Shown: piece after piece, positions 1 through 10,850 of the stretch
Numbering within the stretch: the stretch's first letter is position 1
Layout: each line of letters begins with the position of its first letter
NCBI GenBank assembly: GCA_963663805.2
Contig: CAXXMR010000025.1
Span: 18,947-82,946 of the forward strand
Direction: 5' to 3'
Source of the DNA: Sedimentisphaerales bacterium
GTDB taxonomy: Bacteria > Planctomycetota > Phycisphaerae > Sedimentisphaerales > SM23-30
Length of the DNA stretch: 64,000 bases
Program-made: the position numbers and the translations under genes
The notes under the pieces: generated by a model
What the model saw: only the letters and a program-made list of their open reading frames with translations
Told to the model about the DNA's origin: nothing
Databases searched by the model: none

Positions 1-1061
1 TACCGCTGGGCCCGGTTTTATTTATTGATACCGCTGGTATCGATGATGTCGGTGATTTGGGGCAGATGCGGGTACAGCGCAGTCGGGAGATTTTCGACCG
101 GACCGATGTCGCGATAATAGTCACGGAATCTGGTGTTTGGGGCGATTTTGAGGAACAACTGCTTGCCGAACTGAAAGGGCGGGAGCTGCCGGTTATTGTG
201 GTGTTCAACAAAACCGATTTGGCTGAACCGGATGAGGCTTTAATATCGCGTTTGCAGGCTGATAAAAACCTTTCGGTACGGGCTTGTGCCGCTAAAGGTG
301 AAGGCATTCTTGATTTACGGGAAGCCCTGATACGGACAGCGCCGGAAGATTTTATCAATACTCCGGCATTGGTGGGTGACCTCGTGCCCGCTGGTGAACT
401 GGTAATGCTGGTGGTGCCGATTGATTTGGAGGCACCGAAGGGGCGTTTGATTTTACCGCAGGTGCAGGCTATTCGGGACATTCTCGATAATGACGCTTAT
501 TGCATGGTTGTCAAGGAACGTGAATTGCGGGACGCTCTGGACCGTTTGAAGCGTCCGCCGCGGCTGGTCGTGACGGATTCGCAGGCGTTTTTGAAGGTTG
601 GTGCTGATACGCCGGACGATATTCTGCTGACCAGTTTTTCTATTCTGTTCGCACGGGCCAAGGGTGATTTAGCTGAGTTTGCCCGCGGTGCCCAAGCCAT
701 AGAAAATCTCAGGCCGGGCGGCAAAGTTCTCATTGCCGAAGCTTGTTCACATCATCCGGTGGGTGAGGATATTGGCCGAATCAAGATTCCCCGCTGGCTG
801 AGCCAGTATGTCGGCGGCAAGCTGGAATTCGTAACGGTACAGGGCCATGATTTCCCGGATGACCCTTCGGGTTACGACCTGATAGTCCATTGCGGAGCGT
901 GTATGTGGAACCGTCGTGAGGTGCTGACCCGCATATTGCGGTGCCGTCGAGCGGGCGTGCCGATTACCAATTACGGTATGGCAATTTCTTACAGCCTGGG
1001 CATCTTTGAACGGGCCTTAAAACCGTTTCCCGCGGCATTGCAGGCGGCAGGACTGGCTTAG
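1..1061 (+). CDS. hydF: [FeFe]-hydrogenase H-cluster maturation GTPase HydF (5' end outside window)
   Basis: Frame is open from the window edge (PLGPVLFIDTAGIDD). It has NKTD, PIDLEAPKGRLILPQ and the Fe-S motifs EACSHH and HCGAC. Confidence 0.95.
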   Translation, partial: PLGPVLFIDTAGIDDVGDLGQMRVQRSREIFDRTDVAIIVTESGVWGDFEEQLLAELKGRELPVIVVFNKTDLAEPDEALISRLQADKNLSVRACAAKGEGILDLREALIRTAPEDFINTPALVGDLVPAGELVMLVVPIDLEAPKGRLILPQVQAIRDILDNDAYCMVVKERELRDALDRLKRPPRLVVTDSQAFLKVGADTPDDILLTSFSILFARAKGDLAEFARGAQAIENLRPGGKVLIAEACSHHPVGEDIGRIKIPRWLSQYVGGKLEFVTVQGHDFPDDPSGYDLIVHCGACMWNRREVLTRILRCRRAGVPITNYGMAISYSLGIFERALKPFPAALQAAGLA

Positions 1062-1074
1062 CATAAACAAATAT

Positions 1075-1111
1075 AGCTCGAACGAACACTGCTAAGCTAT
1101 CCGTTCGAGCT
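1075..1111. terminator. Hairpin between convergent genes, probable bidirectional terminator
   Basis: 10-bp inverted repeat AGCTCGAACG/CGTTCGAGCT lies between the hydF and PEP-CTERM stop codons. Confidence 0.6.
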
Positions 1112-1126
1112 TCAATATTTAAACGA

Positions 1127-1915
1127 TTAGCGTTTTCTGCGAATCAACCCGACAAAGCCCGCCGCGAGAAGCCCGATTGTCGCGGGTTCCGGGATAACTC
1201 TGGTGTAGGTATCTTCGCCGCTGACAAAGGTGGATATAATCAAATCTTTACTGCCGCTGTCGCCCACGATTTGGCCGGCCTGTTCATAAGCCTGAACAAC
1301 CGAAACCTGATCGCCTGCTAAAATCATTTCGCCATCGGTGATATTGATAACCGCGTTAGTGCCCAATTCGTTTAGCAGGGCGATTTGCAGTGTGCCGCCC
1401 ATGACATTGACTGTCGCGGTGCCGCTGGTAACGCCCGCGCCAGGATCGCTGCTGAAATATGCACCGGTACCCGCTACGCTGCCATTGATGTCCAGCAGGC
1501 CGTCAATAATGTTAATCGTACCGACATAACCAGTACCGGGTGCGACAATCAAATCGCGGGTATGAATTGTGCCGCCGTCAACATTTAGAATACCTTCGCC
1601 ACCATTTTCACGCCCCATATACCAGTAGCTGGTATTGGTCAGCTCGCCCTTTACGGTCAGGGTGACGGTGCCTGCGGCGTTTTCGCAGGGACCGATGACT
1701 TTACGCGGAGCGACTGAGTCACCGGCATCGATGAGGATACTGGCGTCTGCCACGTCCAGAAAAACCCGGTCGCCATTGGCGGGTACCGCATCGCCGACCC
1801 AGTTTTCGGGGGTAAGCCAGTTGTCATCCGCGCCGCCTGCGTCCCAGGATACATCGGTAGCGTACAGACTGCCGCAAATCGCCAAAACCGCTAGAATTGT
1901 AAGAATACGAGACAT
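1127..1915 (-). CDS. PEP-CTERM sorting-domain surface protein with Gly-rich beta-helix-like repeats
   Basis: Signal peptide, WDAGG..W..PENW N-terminal motif, G-T-L-x-I repeats, and C-terminal IPEPAT + TM helix + RRKR. Confidence 0.9.
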   Translation of the reverse strand: MSRILTILAVLAICGSLYATDVSWDAGGADDNWLTPENWVGDAVPANGDRVFLDVADASILIDAGDSVAPRKVIGPCENAAGTVTLTVKGELTNTSYWYMGRENGGEGILNVDGGTIHTRDLIVAPGTGYVGTINIIDGLLDINGSVAGTGAYFSSDPGAGVTSGTATVNVMGGTLQIALLNELGTNAVINITDGEMILAGDQVSVVQAYEQAGQIVGDSGSKDLIISTFVSGEDTYTRVIPEPATIGLLAAGFVGLIRRKR

Positions 1916-2132
1916 TTTACTTCCTCCAATTAAGAAAACATTTACCTATCCAGCACACACAATACATATTTATAGTAACAATCACAGCAGCCGGGAAACA
2001 TCCCACTTTACGACAAAATACAATCATTTTACGAACAGGTGGTAGAATCCCGCTTTGACAATTTGAAATACTTTATTTGCATAAGCCAGTTTGGATTGTT
2101 ATTATCATAGTTGACAGGAGGTTGTATCGGCT

Positions 2133-2795
2133 ATGAATATCATCGAAATATTTACGTCTATTCAAGGTGAGGGGATATACGCCGGGCAACCCAGTGTTTT
2201 TGTTCGGTTGGCAGGCTGTGACCGCAAATGTTTATGGTGTGATACCGCTTTCGCTCAGGATTCGCGGAGCGGTCGTGAGGTTTCGGTTGAGCGGCTTTTT
2301 ACTGAGCTTTTGGAGAAGGACGTACCGAATATTGTAGTTACCGGCGGTGAACCGCTTTTGAATGGGGAATTGCCGGAACTGCTCGCTAAACTTTGTGAAG
2401 CGAAAAAACGTGTTACACTGGAGACCAGTTGTCCGTTTTATGTTGAACTGCCGCAGGTGCTGGTTAGTATGAGCCCCAAGCTTTCCGGTTCGCGGGCTGA
2501 TGGTTCACCGATTGCCATGAAGGAACTGGATGCGATAGGTCGCTATGTGGAATCTTACGAATACCAGATTAAGTTTGTGGTAGGGGAGTATAAGGATGTC
2601 CAGGAGGCTGAGGAGGTTCTGGAGCATTTGGGCAGGGGGGTAGACCGCGCACGGGTATTGCTTATGCCGCAGGCTCGCAAACGCGAGGAATATCTTGCGT
2701 TGGCACCACAGATAGCAGAATGGGCCATTGAGACTGGTTTAAGATTTGGTCCGCGGCTGCACGTTGAATTATGGTCCGACGAGCGAGGTCGATAA
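2133..2795 (+). CDS. queE: 7-carboxy-7-deazaguanine synthase (radical SAM)
   Basis: EIFTSIQGEG, FVRLAGC-x3-C-x2-CDT, TGGEPL, SPKL and RLH..LW motifs; AGGAGG RBS. Confidence 0.9.
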   Translation: MNIIEIFTSIQGEGIYAGQPSVFVRLAGCDRKCLWCDTAFAQDSRSGREVSVERLFTELLEKDVPNIVVTGGEPLLNGELPELLAKLCEAKKRVTLETSCPFYVELPQVLVSMSPKLSGSRADGSPIAMKELDAIGRYVESYEYQIKFVVGEYKDVQEAEEVLEHLGRGVDRARVLLMPQARKREEYLALAPQIAEWAIETGLRFGPRLHVELWSDERGR

Positions 2796-2799
2796 AAAT

Positions 2800-2830
2800 A
2801 GCCCCCGGCCAATGGTTCGACCTGGGGGCT
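2800..2830. terminator. Intrinsic terminator between convergent queE and hisG
   Basis: AGCCCCCGG/CCTGGGGGCT stem; the A-tract on its left reads as a U-tract on the minus strand. Confidence 0.65.
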
Positions 2831-2857
2831 TGTGCGGACAAAACTGTTCGGTCAGAT

Positions 2858-3730
2858 TTAGGGGATGACCGTATTGAGCGGATAGGTGAAAATGCCGGAC
2901 GCTCCGATCTTGCGGAGTTTGGGCATGAGATCGCGGGCAACCCGTTCTTCAACGATAACCTCGATAGCGACGAATTTTTCGTCGGCCAAGTGATTGACCG
3001 TGGGGGATTTTTCCGAGGGAAGTATTTCGGTTGCTTCTTTGAGTTTGTCAGCGGGCAGATTCAGTTTAAGGCCGACCTTGGCCCGGCCTGCCATAGCACC
3101 CCGCAGCAGCATGGCGACCGCTTCGATTTTTTCACGTTTGAAGGGGTCTTCCCAGGCCTGTTTGTTGGCAATCAGACGAGTAGTGCTGGACAGTATTTCG
3201 TGGATGATACGCAGATTATTCGCTTTCAGACTCGAACCGGTTTCGGTTACTTCGACGATACCATCGAGCAAGCGAGCCTTGACTTCAGTGGCGCCCCAGG
3301 AGAACTCAACCTTTACATTAATGCCTTCTTCAGCGAAATATTTGCGGGTTACGTTTACAAGCTCGGTAGCGACAATGCCGCCTTCGAGGTCTTTGGGAGT
3401 TTTTGTCGAACTTTCGTTCGGAACCGCCAATACCCAGCGAGCGGGGCGGGAGGTTGCTTTGGAATATACCAGTTCGCAAACCTCTACCACATCAGATTCG
3501 TTTTCGAGAATCCAGTCCTTGCCGGTCAGCCCCATATCAATCACGCCATCTTCGACGTAGCGGCTCATTTCCTGGGCGCGAAACATAACACCTTCGATTT
3601 CAGGGTCGTCAATCGAGGGGAAATAACTGCGGGAAGAGACCTGGACTTCATATCCCGCCCGGCGGAACAAATCAAAGGTCGCATCAGCCAGCGAGCCCTT
3701 GGGGAAACCGATTTTTAGTACCTTTGCCAA
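2858..3730 (-). CDS. hisG: ATP phosphoribosyltransferase, long form
   Basis: [26 protein letters not shown] motifs and the C-terminal regulatory domain (SPTV). Confidence 0.95.
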   Translation of the reverse strand: MAKVLKIGFPKGSLADATFDLFRRAGYEVQVSSRSYFPSIDDPEIEGVMFRAQEMSRYVEDGVIDMGLTGKDWILENESDVVEVCELVYSKATSRPARWVLAVPNESSTKTPKDLEGGIVATELVNVTRKYFAEEGINVKVEFSWGATEVKARLLDGIVEVTETGSSLKANNLRIIHEILSSTTRLIANKQAWEDPFKREKIEAVAMLLRGAMAGRAKVGLKLNLPADKLKEATEILPSEKSPTVNHLADEKFVAIEVIVEERVARDLMPKLRKIGASGIFTYPLNTVIP

Positions 3731-3797
3731 TGTAAATCTCCTGTTACCTTATCAGATTCATATTTGGTGTTTTATTTAATTCTGCGGGGTTGATGAA

Positions 3798-4532
3798 TCA
3801 GGAAGTTTTCTTTTTAGTCGTAGTTTTTTTCTTGGTAGTAGTTTTCTTCTTGGTTGTTTTTTTAGTAGTAGTTTTCTTGGTGGTAGTTTTGGTAGTGGTT
3901 TTCGTAGTTTTTTTGGTGGTGATAGTTTTCCCGCTATCAGCGTGCTTCCGCAGCAGAGCATAAGTTTCGCGTACATCATTGGCGGAAATCTGCCGTTCCA
4001 GGAACCCTTGCACATCGGCAGCGTCTGACTTTTCGTCTACGACTTCTTCGTTGCGGAGCATAGTGAGCATTCTTTCGCACACCGGGAAAGCGTGCCCTTC
4101 GAGGCTGTTGAGCATTATTCTTGCGACGGTGTAAGGGGAAATATCCTTTAGACCTTCCAGATACGCCTTGGCTTCGCGTTTGCCCATTTCCTTCAGATTG
4201 CTCAAGTCCATTTTGTCGCGTTTATCAAAAACACGTTTCAAGATCGTCAGGAGTTCGCGGGTAATCTCCATTGCCCTGGGGAAATCCTTGCCCAGAGTGT
4301 TGACCACCTCGTTAACCTGGCAGATACGAAGTTCGTTGTAATCCACATAGGTTGAGGTGAGCTTGTTGAGAGCGGTTTTGGCCTTGCTTTCGGTAGTTTG
4401 GGCGGAAAGACACGCCATTATCAGTTCTTCAACCGGGTCGGTTGGTTCGGCAATCTTGATATCGCCCAGTTGCTTTTTGAGGGCAGCACATAGTTTTTTT
4501 AGTTTTGCCCCATATTGACTGCTATCTTTCAT
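3798..4532 (-). CDS. HhH/endonuclease III-like fold protein, apparently inactive, with Lys/Thr-rich C-terminal tail
   Basis: DPVEELI..CLS, D-Y-NELR and L.GL..ISPYT HhH-like segments. FPVC replaces FPVD, there is no Fe-S Cys motif, and the protein ends in a (K/T)n tail. Confidence 0.6.
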   Translation of the reverse strand: MKDSSQYGAKLKKLCAALKKQLGDIKIAEPTDPVEELIMACLSAQTTESKAKTALNKLTSTYVDYNELRICQVNEVVNTLGKDFPRAMEITRELLTILKRVFDKRDKMDLSNLKEMGKREAKAYLEGLKDISPYTVARIMLNSLEGHAFPVCERMLTMLRNEEVVDEKSDAADVQGFLERQISANDVRETYALLRKHADSGKTITTKKTTKTTTKTTTKKTTTKKTTKKKTTTKKKTTTKKKTS

Positions 4533-4935
4533 CTTCAGAATCCCTTAGTTCATCTGTTTCCTGAGTATCGTGCTGACGCCGGAGATTTTCCTCGGCGATC
4601 ATGCCAAAAAGCTGGTCCATCTGGGCCCCTTTTTTCAAAGAGTTGTCCAGATGAAAACGCAAGGCCGGGCAAACTTTGGTCTGGAGGGCATCTCCCAGTT
4701 TGCCCTGAATAAACCCGTGAGCGTGCTGAACTGCCCGAAGGCTGAGTTCCTGCTTGTTTTCAGGGACGCCCAGAACGCTCAAATATACCTGGGCGTTACG
4801 CATGTCGGGGGTTACCTCCACACGCGTGACACTGACCAGGCCTTCGATACGTGGGTCCGAAAGATCCCGCTGAATCACGGTGCTGACCGTGTTTCTTATA
4901 ACATGCGAAATTTTTTCTATACGTCGCGAGGCCAT
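4522..4935 (-). CDS. rbfA: Ribosome-binding factor A
   Basis: DPRI, VTRVEVTPDMRNAQVY and P.LRFHLD motifs; position after infB. Confidence 0.95.
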   Translation of the reverse strand: MASRRIEKISHVIRNTVSTVIQRDLSDPRIEGLVSVTRVEVTPDMRNAQVYLSVLGVPENKQELSLRAVQHAHGFIQGKLGDALQTKVCPALRFHLDNSLKKGAQMDQLFGMIAEENLRRQHDTQETDELRDSEDER

Positions 4936-4936
4936 T

Positions 4937-5218
4937 TCACCAAAACTCTATTGTATAATCCACCAAAGACAATTGCGGCACACGCCGCACAAAATCAACT
5001 ACCTTGCTCAATACTTCTTCGGCAAACGGTTTTTCGTTGGTCACAACCGCTACTCCCAAAAGGGCACTGCGCATGACATCATTATAATCAACCTCGGCAA
5101 TCGAGACGTTAAAACTATTCCTTACGCGGTCCTTGAGGCTTTTTATTACCCGTCGTTTGTCTTTCAATGACCGGGCTTCATAAATACTCAGCCTCAGTTC
5201 CAGTACCCCGATAATCAT
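4937..5218 (-). CDS. DUF503 (YlxP) family protein
   Basis: SLKDKRRVIKSLKDRVRNSFNVSIAEV motif; usual position between infB and rbfA. Confidence 0.9.
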   Translation of the reverse strand: MIIGVLELRLSIYEARSLKDKRRVIKSLKDRVRNSFNVSIAEVDYNDVMRSALLGVAVVTNEKPFAEEVLSKVVDFVRRVPQLSLVDYTIEFW

Positions 5219-5260
5219 TTTCAGGTAAATTCCTGCCGGTGGCTTAACGGGTTAAAATTT

Positions 5261-8050
5261 TTAATCCAGTTTGCGGGTAATCTCGATCATTTCGTAAGCC
5301 TCGATAATATCACCCACCTTAATGTCATCAAATCGGGCTAGTTTGATACCGCATTCCAAACCGCTGCGAACTTCGGAGGCGTCGTTCTTTTCACGCTTAA
5401 GGGATTCTATACGCAACTCATCATTTACAACAATGTTGTCACGAATCAATCTGACTTTGGCAGAACGCGGGATAGCACCTTCGGTGACATAACAGCCAGC
5501 GATAACGCCAATGCGGGAAATCTTGAAGGTGTCTCTAACCTCAACCCGTCCCAGTTGTTTTTCTTCAATGCGGGGCTTGAGCATACCTTCCAGAGCGAGT
5601 TTGACATCATCGACCAGATTGTAAATTACCCGGTAGAGACGAACTTCCACGCCGCTTTGTTCAGCGAGCTGGCGGGCATGTTCGTCGGCGACTACCTGGA
5701 AACCGACAACAATAGCGTTGGAGGCTTCAGCCAGTACGATGTCACTTTCGGAAATTCCGCCTACGGCCGCGTGCAGGACGCGAACCGCCACTTCATCGGT
5801 GTTGAGCTCCTGAGCGGTATTTACCAGCACATCAACCGAACCCTGCACGTCGGCCTTGATAATCATATTCAGTTCGCGAACTTCGCCAGCGGCGATTTCG
5901 GTGAACAGGTTTTCCAGAGTGATCTGACGACGTTTGCCGAGTTTTTCCTCACGCCGGCTGACACGCTGTTCTTCGGCGATAGCAACAGCCTTGGTTATGT
6001 CGTCGAGAATGAAGAAACGGTCGCCGGCGTTGGGCATTTCATCGAGCCCGGAGATTTCCACCGGCATACTCGGCCCGGCAAATTCCAGTTCATTGCCCAG
6101 TGGGTCACGCAAAGTACGTACGCGACCCTGACTCTTGCCGGAAACTATAATATCGCCTGTTTTCAACTTTCCGGCTTTGACAAGCAAACGGGCGACGACA
6201 CCCTGGCCGATAGACATTTCTGATTCGACAATCCAGCCGGTTGCGGCCCCTTCCGAGCGAGCCCGGAGGTTGTTCAGTTCGGCGATATATTCAAGGTGTT
6301 CGACCAGGTCCTGAATACCTTCGCCGGTTGCGGCGGAAGTCTGGACCACTTCGGTCGTTCCACCCCATTCCGAGGGGGTAAGGTCGTGTTCAGCCAACTG
6401 TCCCAGTACACGATTAACGTTAGCGTTGGGCAAATCAATCTTGTTCAGGGCAACGACAATCGGCGCCCCGGCAGCCTTGGCGTGATTGATAGCTTCTTCG
6501 GTCTGGGGCATAATCCCGTCGTCTGCGGCAACGACCAGTACGAGAATATCGGTCATGTTCGCACCGCGTGCCCGCATTTCGGTAAAGGCTTTATGGCCCG
6601 GCGTATCGAGGAAAGTCACACGATTCTTGCCGTCGTCGTAAAGGTGACTGCCGATATGCTGGGTAATACCGCCGGCCTCACCGTCAGCGACCGAAGCCTT
6701 GCGGATGCGGTCCAGCAATGAAGTTTTGCCATGGTCAACGTGACCCAGAAAAGCTACTACCGGCGGCCTGGGTGAAAGTTTGTCTTCATCGACCTCCGCC
6801 GAATCAAATTCATTTTGCAGTTCGTCAAGGAGCAGTTTTTTCTTTTCGATTACTAATTCGATACCAAACTCCATTGCCACCATTGATGCGGCGTCAGAAT
6901 CAAGAACCTGATTGATGGAGGCCATTATGCCCATCCCCATTAATTTGCCGATAATGATATTTCCACGTACGCCAATGGCAGAGGAAAGATCTTTTACGGT
7001 AATAGGTTCTTTTACCTTTGCCGACTCGATGGCTTGGGGAGCTGCCATACCACCGGGGTGTCCATCTTCGGACATGCGTCTCTGGCGACCGTGAAGTTTC
7101 TTGCCGGAAGCCAAAGCCAGACGCTCCTGACGTTCCTGAAGGTCGCGGTCTCCCCATTGATGTACCTGGGCTGGATCGTGGCCGCGACCATGCCGCCGGC
7201 CTCTGGCAGTGCGTTTCTTTTCGCCTTCCCAATCGGCTTCCCCCGCAGATTTTTTACCTTTCTTGGGCCTTTTACCTACGCCGGAGTCGGGCACAACATT
7301 AGGCTCGACGGGTAACGAGGCACTGCGCGGTGCGGCCGGGCGTTTGGGCCCGCGCGGCGGGATATGTACGGTATCAGCCCGTTCGACCCGGATGACCTTC
7401 GGACCTTGCAGTACCGCCGGGGTGGGCACAAATTCTTCCTGCGGCTTGACCGGTTCCTTAGGGGCAGCCGAAGGTTTCATCATGCCCGGTGCCATGCGAG
7501 GTTCCGGTGGTGTTTCTTCTTGAGCCTGAGCAGCCGGGGCCTGTTCGGTTTCCTCAGATGCGTCGGAATCTTCTTCCTGGACAGCCGCGGCGGATTCTTC
7601 GGTCAAATCTTCCTGGTGTTCTTCAGCAATTTCCTTGGGACTCAAACGCTTGGGACGTGCAGCCCTGGGGCCATCCAGACCGTCAGATCCAGAAGGTTCA
7701 GCCGGGGAGACTTTTTCGTCCGAATCAACTTCGGGCTGCTCTGTTTCGTGGGCATCGGTCTCTTCGGGAGATTCAACTGTATCTTCGGAAGGGGACTCAT
7801 CTGTTTTGATGGGTTTGCGCTTCCGGGATTTCTTGACTTTGACCTTCTCCAGGTCGACTTTTTCGGTCAGCTCAACGGTGGTGGTATGGGCACCCGCCGA
7901 AAACCATTCACGAATAGTCGCTTCCAGACCTACCGAAACAGTACTCATATGGTTCTTGATAGGCAGACCCTCGGCCTGGCACTTGTCCACGATGGCAGTG
8001 CTCTTGACATTCAGTTCTTTCGCTAAATTGTGGACTCGAATTGTCGCCAC
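5261..8050 (-). CDS. infB: Translation initiation factor IF-2
   Basis: [25 protein letters not shown] and KADVQGS motifs. Confidence 0.98.
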   Translation of the reverse strand: MATIRVHNLAKELNVKSTAIVDKCQAEGLPIKNHMSTVSVGLEATIREWFSAGAHTTTVELTEKVDLEKVKVKKSRKRKPIKTDESPSEDTVESPEETDAHETEQPEVDSDEKVSPAEPSGSDGLDGPRAARPKRLSPKEIAEEHQEDLTEESAAAVQEEDSDASEETEQAPAAQAQEETPPEPRMAPGMMKPSAAPKEPVKPQEEFVPTPAVLQGPKVIRVERADTVHIPPRGPKRPAAPRSASLPVEPNVVPDSGVGKRPKKGKKSAGEADWEGEKKRTARGRRHGRGHDPAQVHQWGDRDLQERQERLALASGKKLHGRQRRMSEDGHPGGMAAPQAIESAKVKEPITVKDLSSAIGVRGNIIIGKLMGMGIMASINQVLDSDAASMVAMEFGIELVIEKKKLLLDELQNEFDSAEVDEDKLSPRPPVVAFLGHVDHGKTSLLDRIRKASVADGEAGGITQHIGSHLYDDGKNRVTFLDTPGHKAFTEMRARGANMTDILVLVVAADDGIMPQTEEAINHAKAAGAPIVVALNKIDLPNANVNRVLGQLAEHDLTPSEWGGTTEVVQTSAATGEGIQDLVEHLEYIAELNNLRARSEGAATGWIVESEMSIGQGVVARLLVKAGKLKTGDIIVSGKSQGRVRTLRDPLGNELEFAGPSMPVEISGLDEMPNAGDRFFILDDITKAVAIAEEQRVSRREEKLGKRRQITLENLFTEIAAGEVRELNMIIKADVQGSVDVLVNTAQELNTDEVAVRVLHAAVGGISESDIVLAEASNAIVVGFQVVADEHARQLAEQSGVEVRLYRVIYNLVDDVKLALEGMLKPRIEEKQLGRVEVRDTFKISRIGVIAGCYVTEGAIPRSAKVRLIRDNIVVNDELRIESLKREKNDASEVRSGLECGIKLARFDDIKVGDIIEAYEMIEITRKLD

Positions 8051-8071
8051 GCAATAACCTCCAAAGGCAGG

Positions 8072-9433
8072 TTATGATTCTGTTGCTTTGTTGTCAGCTT
8101 CGTCGGAATCAGATTCATCGTTTGTGTCGCCTGCTCCAGCTTCTGCGACATCTTGTTCTTCGCTATTTATTTCAGACTCGGTTTCAAAGTTGCCGAAAAT
8201 GTCTGTTTCGTCTTCTTCGTTATCGGAGTCGTCAATGTCTTCCTTACCTGCCAGTACCGCCTGGGCCGCAGTGGTCAGTTCTTTGTTGGCCAGTTGTTTT
8301 TTCGCTTCTTCGGTAGCTTCATCGACAATGCGGTCGGCCAGATCTTCATCGAGGTCCAGAGATTCAACCAGCGGCTCGGGTCCGACTTCTTCCAGGTCCA
8401 ATACCGAGACAATACCCAGAGCTACGATTTTGTCAATCAGCGTGTCGTCCACACCATCAACGCGGTGCAGCGTGGAAATCATTGTTTCCACACCTTGGCG
8501 GTACTCCTTGGGGGTCAGAATATCAATATCCCAGTTGGTCAACCGGGCCGCCAATCTTACATTCTGGCCGCGTTTGCCTATCGCCAGAGATAACTGGTCA
8601 TCGCCCACAACCACAATGGCCCGATTCAACTCAAAACACAGAGCAATCTCCTGGGCCTCAGCAGGCCTCAGAGCATTGCCGATAAGAATCTGAGATGATT
8701 CATTCCAGCGGACAATATCAATTTTTTCGCCGCCGAGTTCATCGACGATATTTTTAATCCGACTGCCGCGTACGCCAACGCACGCGCCCACGGCGTCAAC
8801 TTTACTGTCGATGCTCTGGACCGCAACTTTGGTACGATAACCGGCCTCGCGACTAAGACCGCGAATTTCGATAATGCGCTCAGCTACTTCCGGCACTTCC
8901 TGTTCAAACAGCCGGCGAATAAACTCTGGATGAGTACGCGAAAGAATAATTTTGACCTGGTTGGGCGCTTCCTTGACTTCAAAGATGATGCCCCGAACCC
9001 GTTCACCTTGATGATAGGATTCACCCGGAATCTGCTCACTGCGGGGCAGGATTGCTTCGGTACGGCCCAGACTGACAATGGTCGCCCCGCCTTCATAGCG
9101 GGCTACCGTGCCGGTAATAACTTCGCCGATACGCTCCTTGAATTCCGAGAATATACTGCCCCGTTCATCCTCACGAAGCTTTTGAATCATAACCTGTTTG
9201 GCGGTCTGGGCCGGTATACGCCCCAGCTTTTTTATATTGATTTGTTCGTCGCCGACGAACGCAACCATTTCTCCAGTCTCGCGGTTAATTTGAACGATTA
9301 CATCTTCGGTGCCGCCAAAATGCTTGCGGGCCGCCGAAGCCATAGCTGCTTCGATATCTGCGAAGATACTTTCCGGTTCAATATTCTTGTCGCGGGCAAT
9401 GCTGTCCACTATCCGTATCAGTTCCTGGTTCAT
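8072..9433 (-). CDS. nusA: Transcription termination/antitermination factor NusA
   Basis: GRIPAQTAKQV, S1 and KH domains (VGACVGVRGSRI, AIGKRGQNVRLA), acidic tail. Confidence 0.98.
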   Translation of the reverse strand: MNQELIRIVDSIARDKNIEPESIFADIEAAMASAARKHFGGTEDVIVQINRETGEMVAFVGDEQINIKKLGRIPAQTAKQVMIQKLREDERGSIFSEFKERIGEVITGTVARYEGGATIVSLGRTEAILPRSEQIPGESYHQGERVRGIIFEVKEAPNQVKIILSRTHPEFIRRLFEQEVPEVAERIIEIRGLSREAGYRTKVAVQSIDSKVDAVGACVGVRGSRIKNIVDELGGEKIDIVRWNESSQILIGNALRPAEAQEIALCFELNRAIVVVGDDQLSLAIGKRGQNVRLAARLTNWDIDILTPKEYRQGVETMISTLHRVDGVDDTLIDKIVALGIVSVLDLEEVGPEPLVESLDLDEDLADRIVDEATEEAKKQLANKELTTAAQAVLAGKEDIDDSDNEEDETDIFGNFETESEINSEEQDVAEAGAGDTNDESDSDEADNKATES

Positions 9434-9464
9434 AGCTTCGTTTCCTGATATTACTTTTTAATAT

Positions 9465-9494
9465 AAAAAAAGTGGGCCGTCGTTAGCAGCCCAC
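9465..9494 (-). promoter_or_regulatory. rimP-leader-like attenuator hairpin upstream of nusA
   Basis: Minus strand reads GTGGGC-TGCTAACGACG-GCCCAC-TTTTTTT about 30 nt before the nusA start, matching the known GGGC..GCCC terminator of nusA-infB operon leaders. Confidence 0.75.
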
Positions 9495-9663
9495 ATAAAA
9501 TCATGCCCAAAAGGCATACCGGCACAGGTACCAAAACCGCTAAGTGATTTCCGACTTTCGTTTATGAAGTCGCACACTCAGCAGTGATAGCCTGCCTCGG
9601 CGGCTGCTGCGATTGCTGCTCAGAACATGGAATAATAATCCATGCCCGGCCCGCTCGACGCCC

Positions 9664-10803
9664 CTAAGCGCCAACACCGTTGCTGTTCCCATTCAAAGTA
9701 ACATTCATGCCCAGTTCACCCGTTTCAAAAACATGCGTGCGTTCCAGGTCGATTTTCACCAATGTATCACCGCCGTGGGGCACCCGCACATGAGCGTCGC
9801 ACCGCATAATGACACGCTGGCCGTCGGGACCATGGTTCAGGTAAACGTCCCGAACTCCGCCCAGCGGCTCAGATACAATAACTTTCATGCCCACCGTTTC
9901 GCCGGGGGCGGCATGTTCGGCATCCACCGGCTTGATATTTTCCGGCCGGGCACCCAACACCATTTTCTGGTCAACACAGTCGGCCAGACAGGGGAAATAT
10001 CTCTCCGGCAGGTCCAAGAGCGTGCCGGAAAGGTCAAACTTGAATTTGCCATCAGTACGCCTGATATAACCTTCCAGGAAGTTCATCGGCGGCGTACCTA
10101 CGAAACCCGCAACAAATCTGTCTGCCGGTCGGTCGTACACATCCAGCGGCGCTCCCACCTGCCGGATAATCCCGCCGTGCATGACCACAATAAGGTCCCC
10201 CAGACTCATGGCTTCTTCCTGGTCGTGGGTCACGTAAATAGTTGTGGTTTTTAGTCTTGCGTGGAGTTCTTTTAGCTCCGCCCGCATAACGCCGCGAAGC
10301 TTTGCATCCAGATTGCTTAATGGTTCATCAAACAAAAATGCCTTCGGGTCACGGACAATCGCCCGACCTACGGCAACCCGCTGACGCTGGCCACCCGAAA
10401 GTGCTTTGGGTTTGCGTTCCAGTAAGTGCTGTATATCAAGGAGCTTAGCGGCTTTTTGGACCCGCTGGTCAATCTGGTCTTTTTTCATCTTACGCATCTT
10501 TAGGCCGAAAGCCATGTTTTTGTAAACCGACATATGCGGATACAAAGCGTAATTCTGGAAAACCATGGCAATGTCGCGGTCTTTGGGGGCAACATCGTTA
10601 ATCACGCGTTCACCGATATTTATGGTTCCCTGAGTGATGTCCTCAAGTCCCGCGACCATACGCAGCGTGGTGGTCTTGCCGCAACCGGAAGGGCCTACCA
10701 GAACCACGAATTCGCCGTCCCGAATGTCAAGATTGGCAGAATCAACCGCCTTGACATCGCCGGGATACACTTTCGTAACGTTATTTAACAAAACTTCAGC
10801 CAT
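9664..10803 (-). CDS. Carbohydrate ABC transporter ATP-binding subunit (MalK/MsmX/UgpC family), stand-alone
   Basis: GPSGCGKT, FQNYALYPHM, LSGGQRQR and DEPLSNLD motifs, C-terminal TOBE region. Confidence 0.93.
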   Translation of the reverse strand: MAEVLLNNVTKVYPGDVKAVDSANLDIRDGEFVVLVGPSGCGKTTTLRMVAGLEDITQGTINIGERVINDVAPKDRDIAMVFQNYALYPHMSVYKNMAFGLKMRKMKKDQIDQRVQKAAKLLDIQHLLERKPKALSGGQRQRVAVGRAIVRDPKAFLFDEPLSNLDAKLRGVMRAELKELHARLKTTTIYVTHDQEEAMSLGDLIVVMHGGIIRQVGAPLDVYDRPADRFVAGFVGTPPMNFLEGYIRRTDGKFKFDLSGTLLDLPERYFPCLADCVDQKMVLGARPENIKPVDAEHAAPGETVGMKVIVSEPLGGVRDVYLNHGPDGQRVIMRCDAHVRVPHGGDTLVKIDLERTHVFETGELGMNVTLNGNSNGVGA

Positions 10804-10850
10804 ACAAACTCCATCACGGTTATTTTAACCGTATATACTCCAAGACACAC

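Noticed and set aside
2040..2132. preQ1 riboswitch upstream of queE
   Set aside because: I could find no preQ1 stem-loop with an A-rich tail.
2771..3718. 315-aa ORF antisense to hisG, and similar shadow ORFs over infB, nusA, phoU, pstA and purE
   Set aside because: They fully overlap well-supported genes on the opposite strand, as expected from codon bias.
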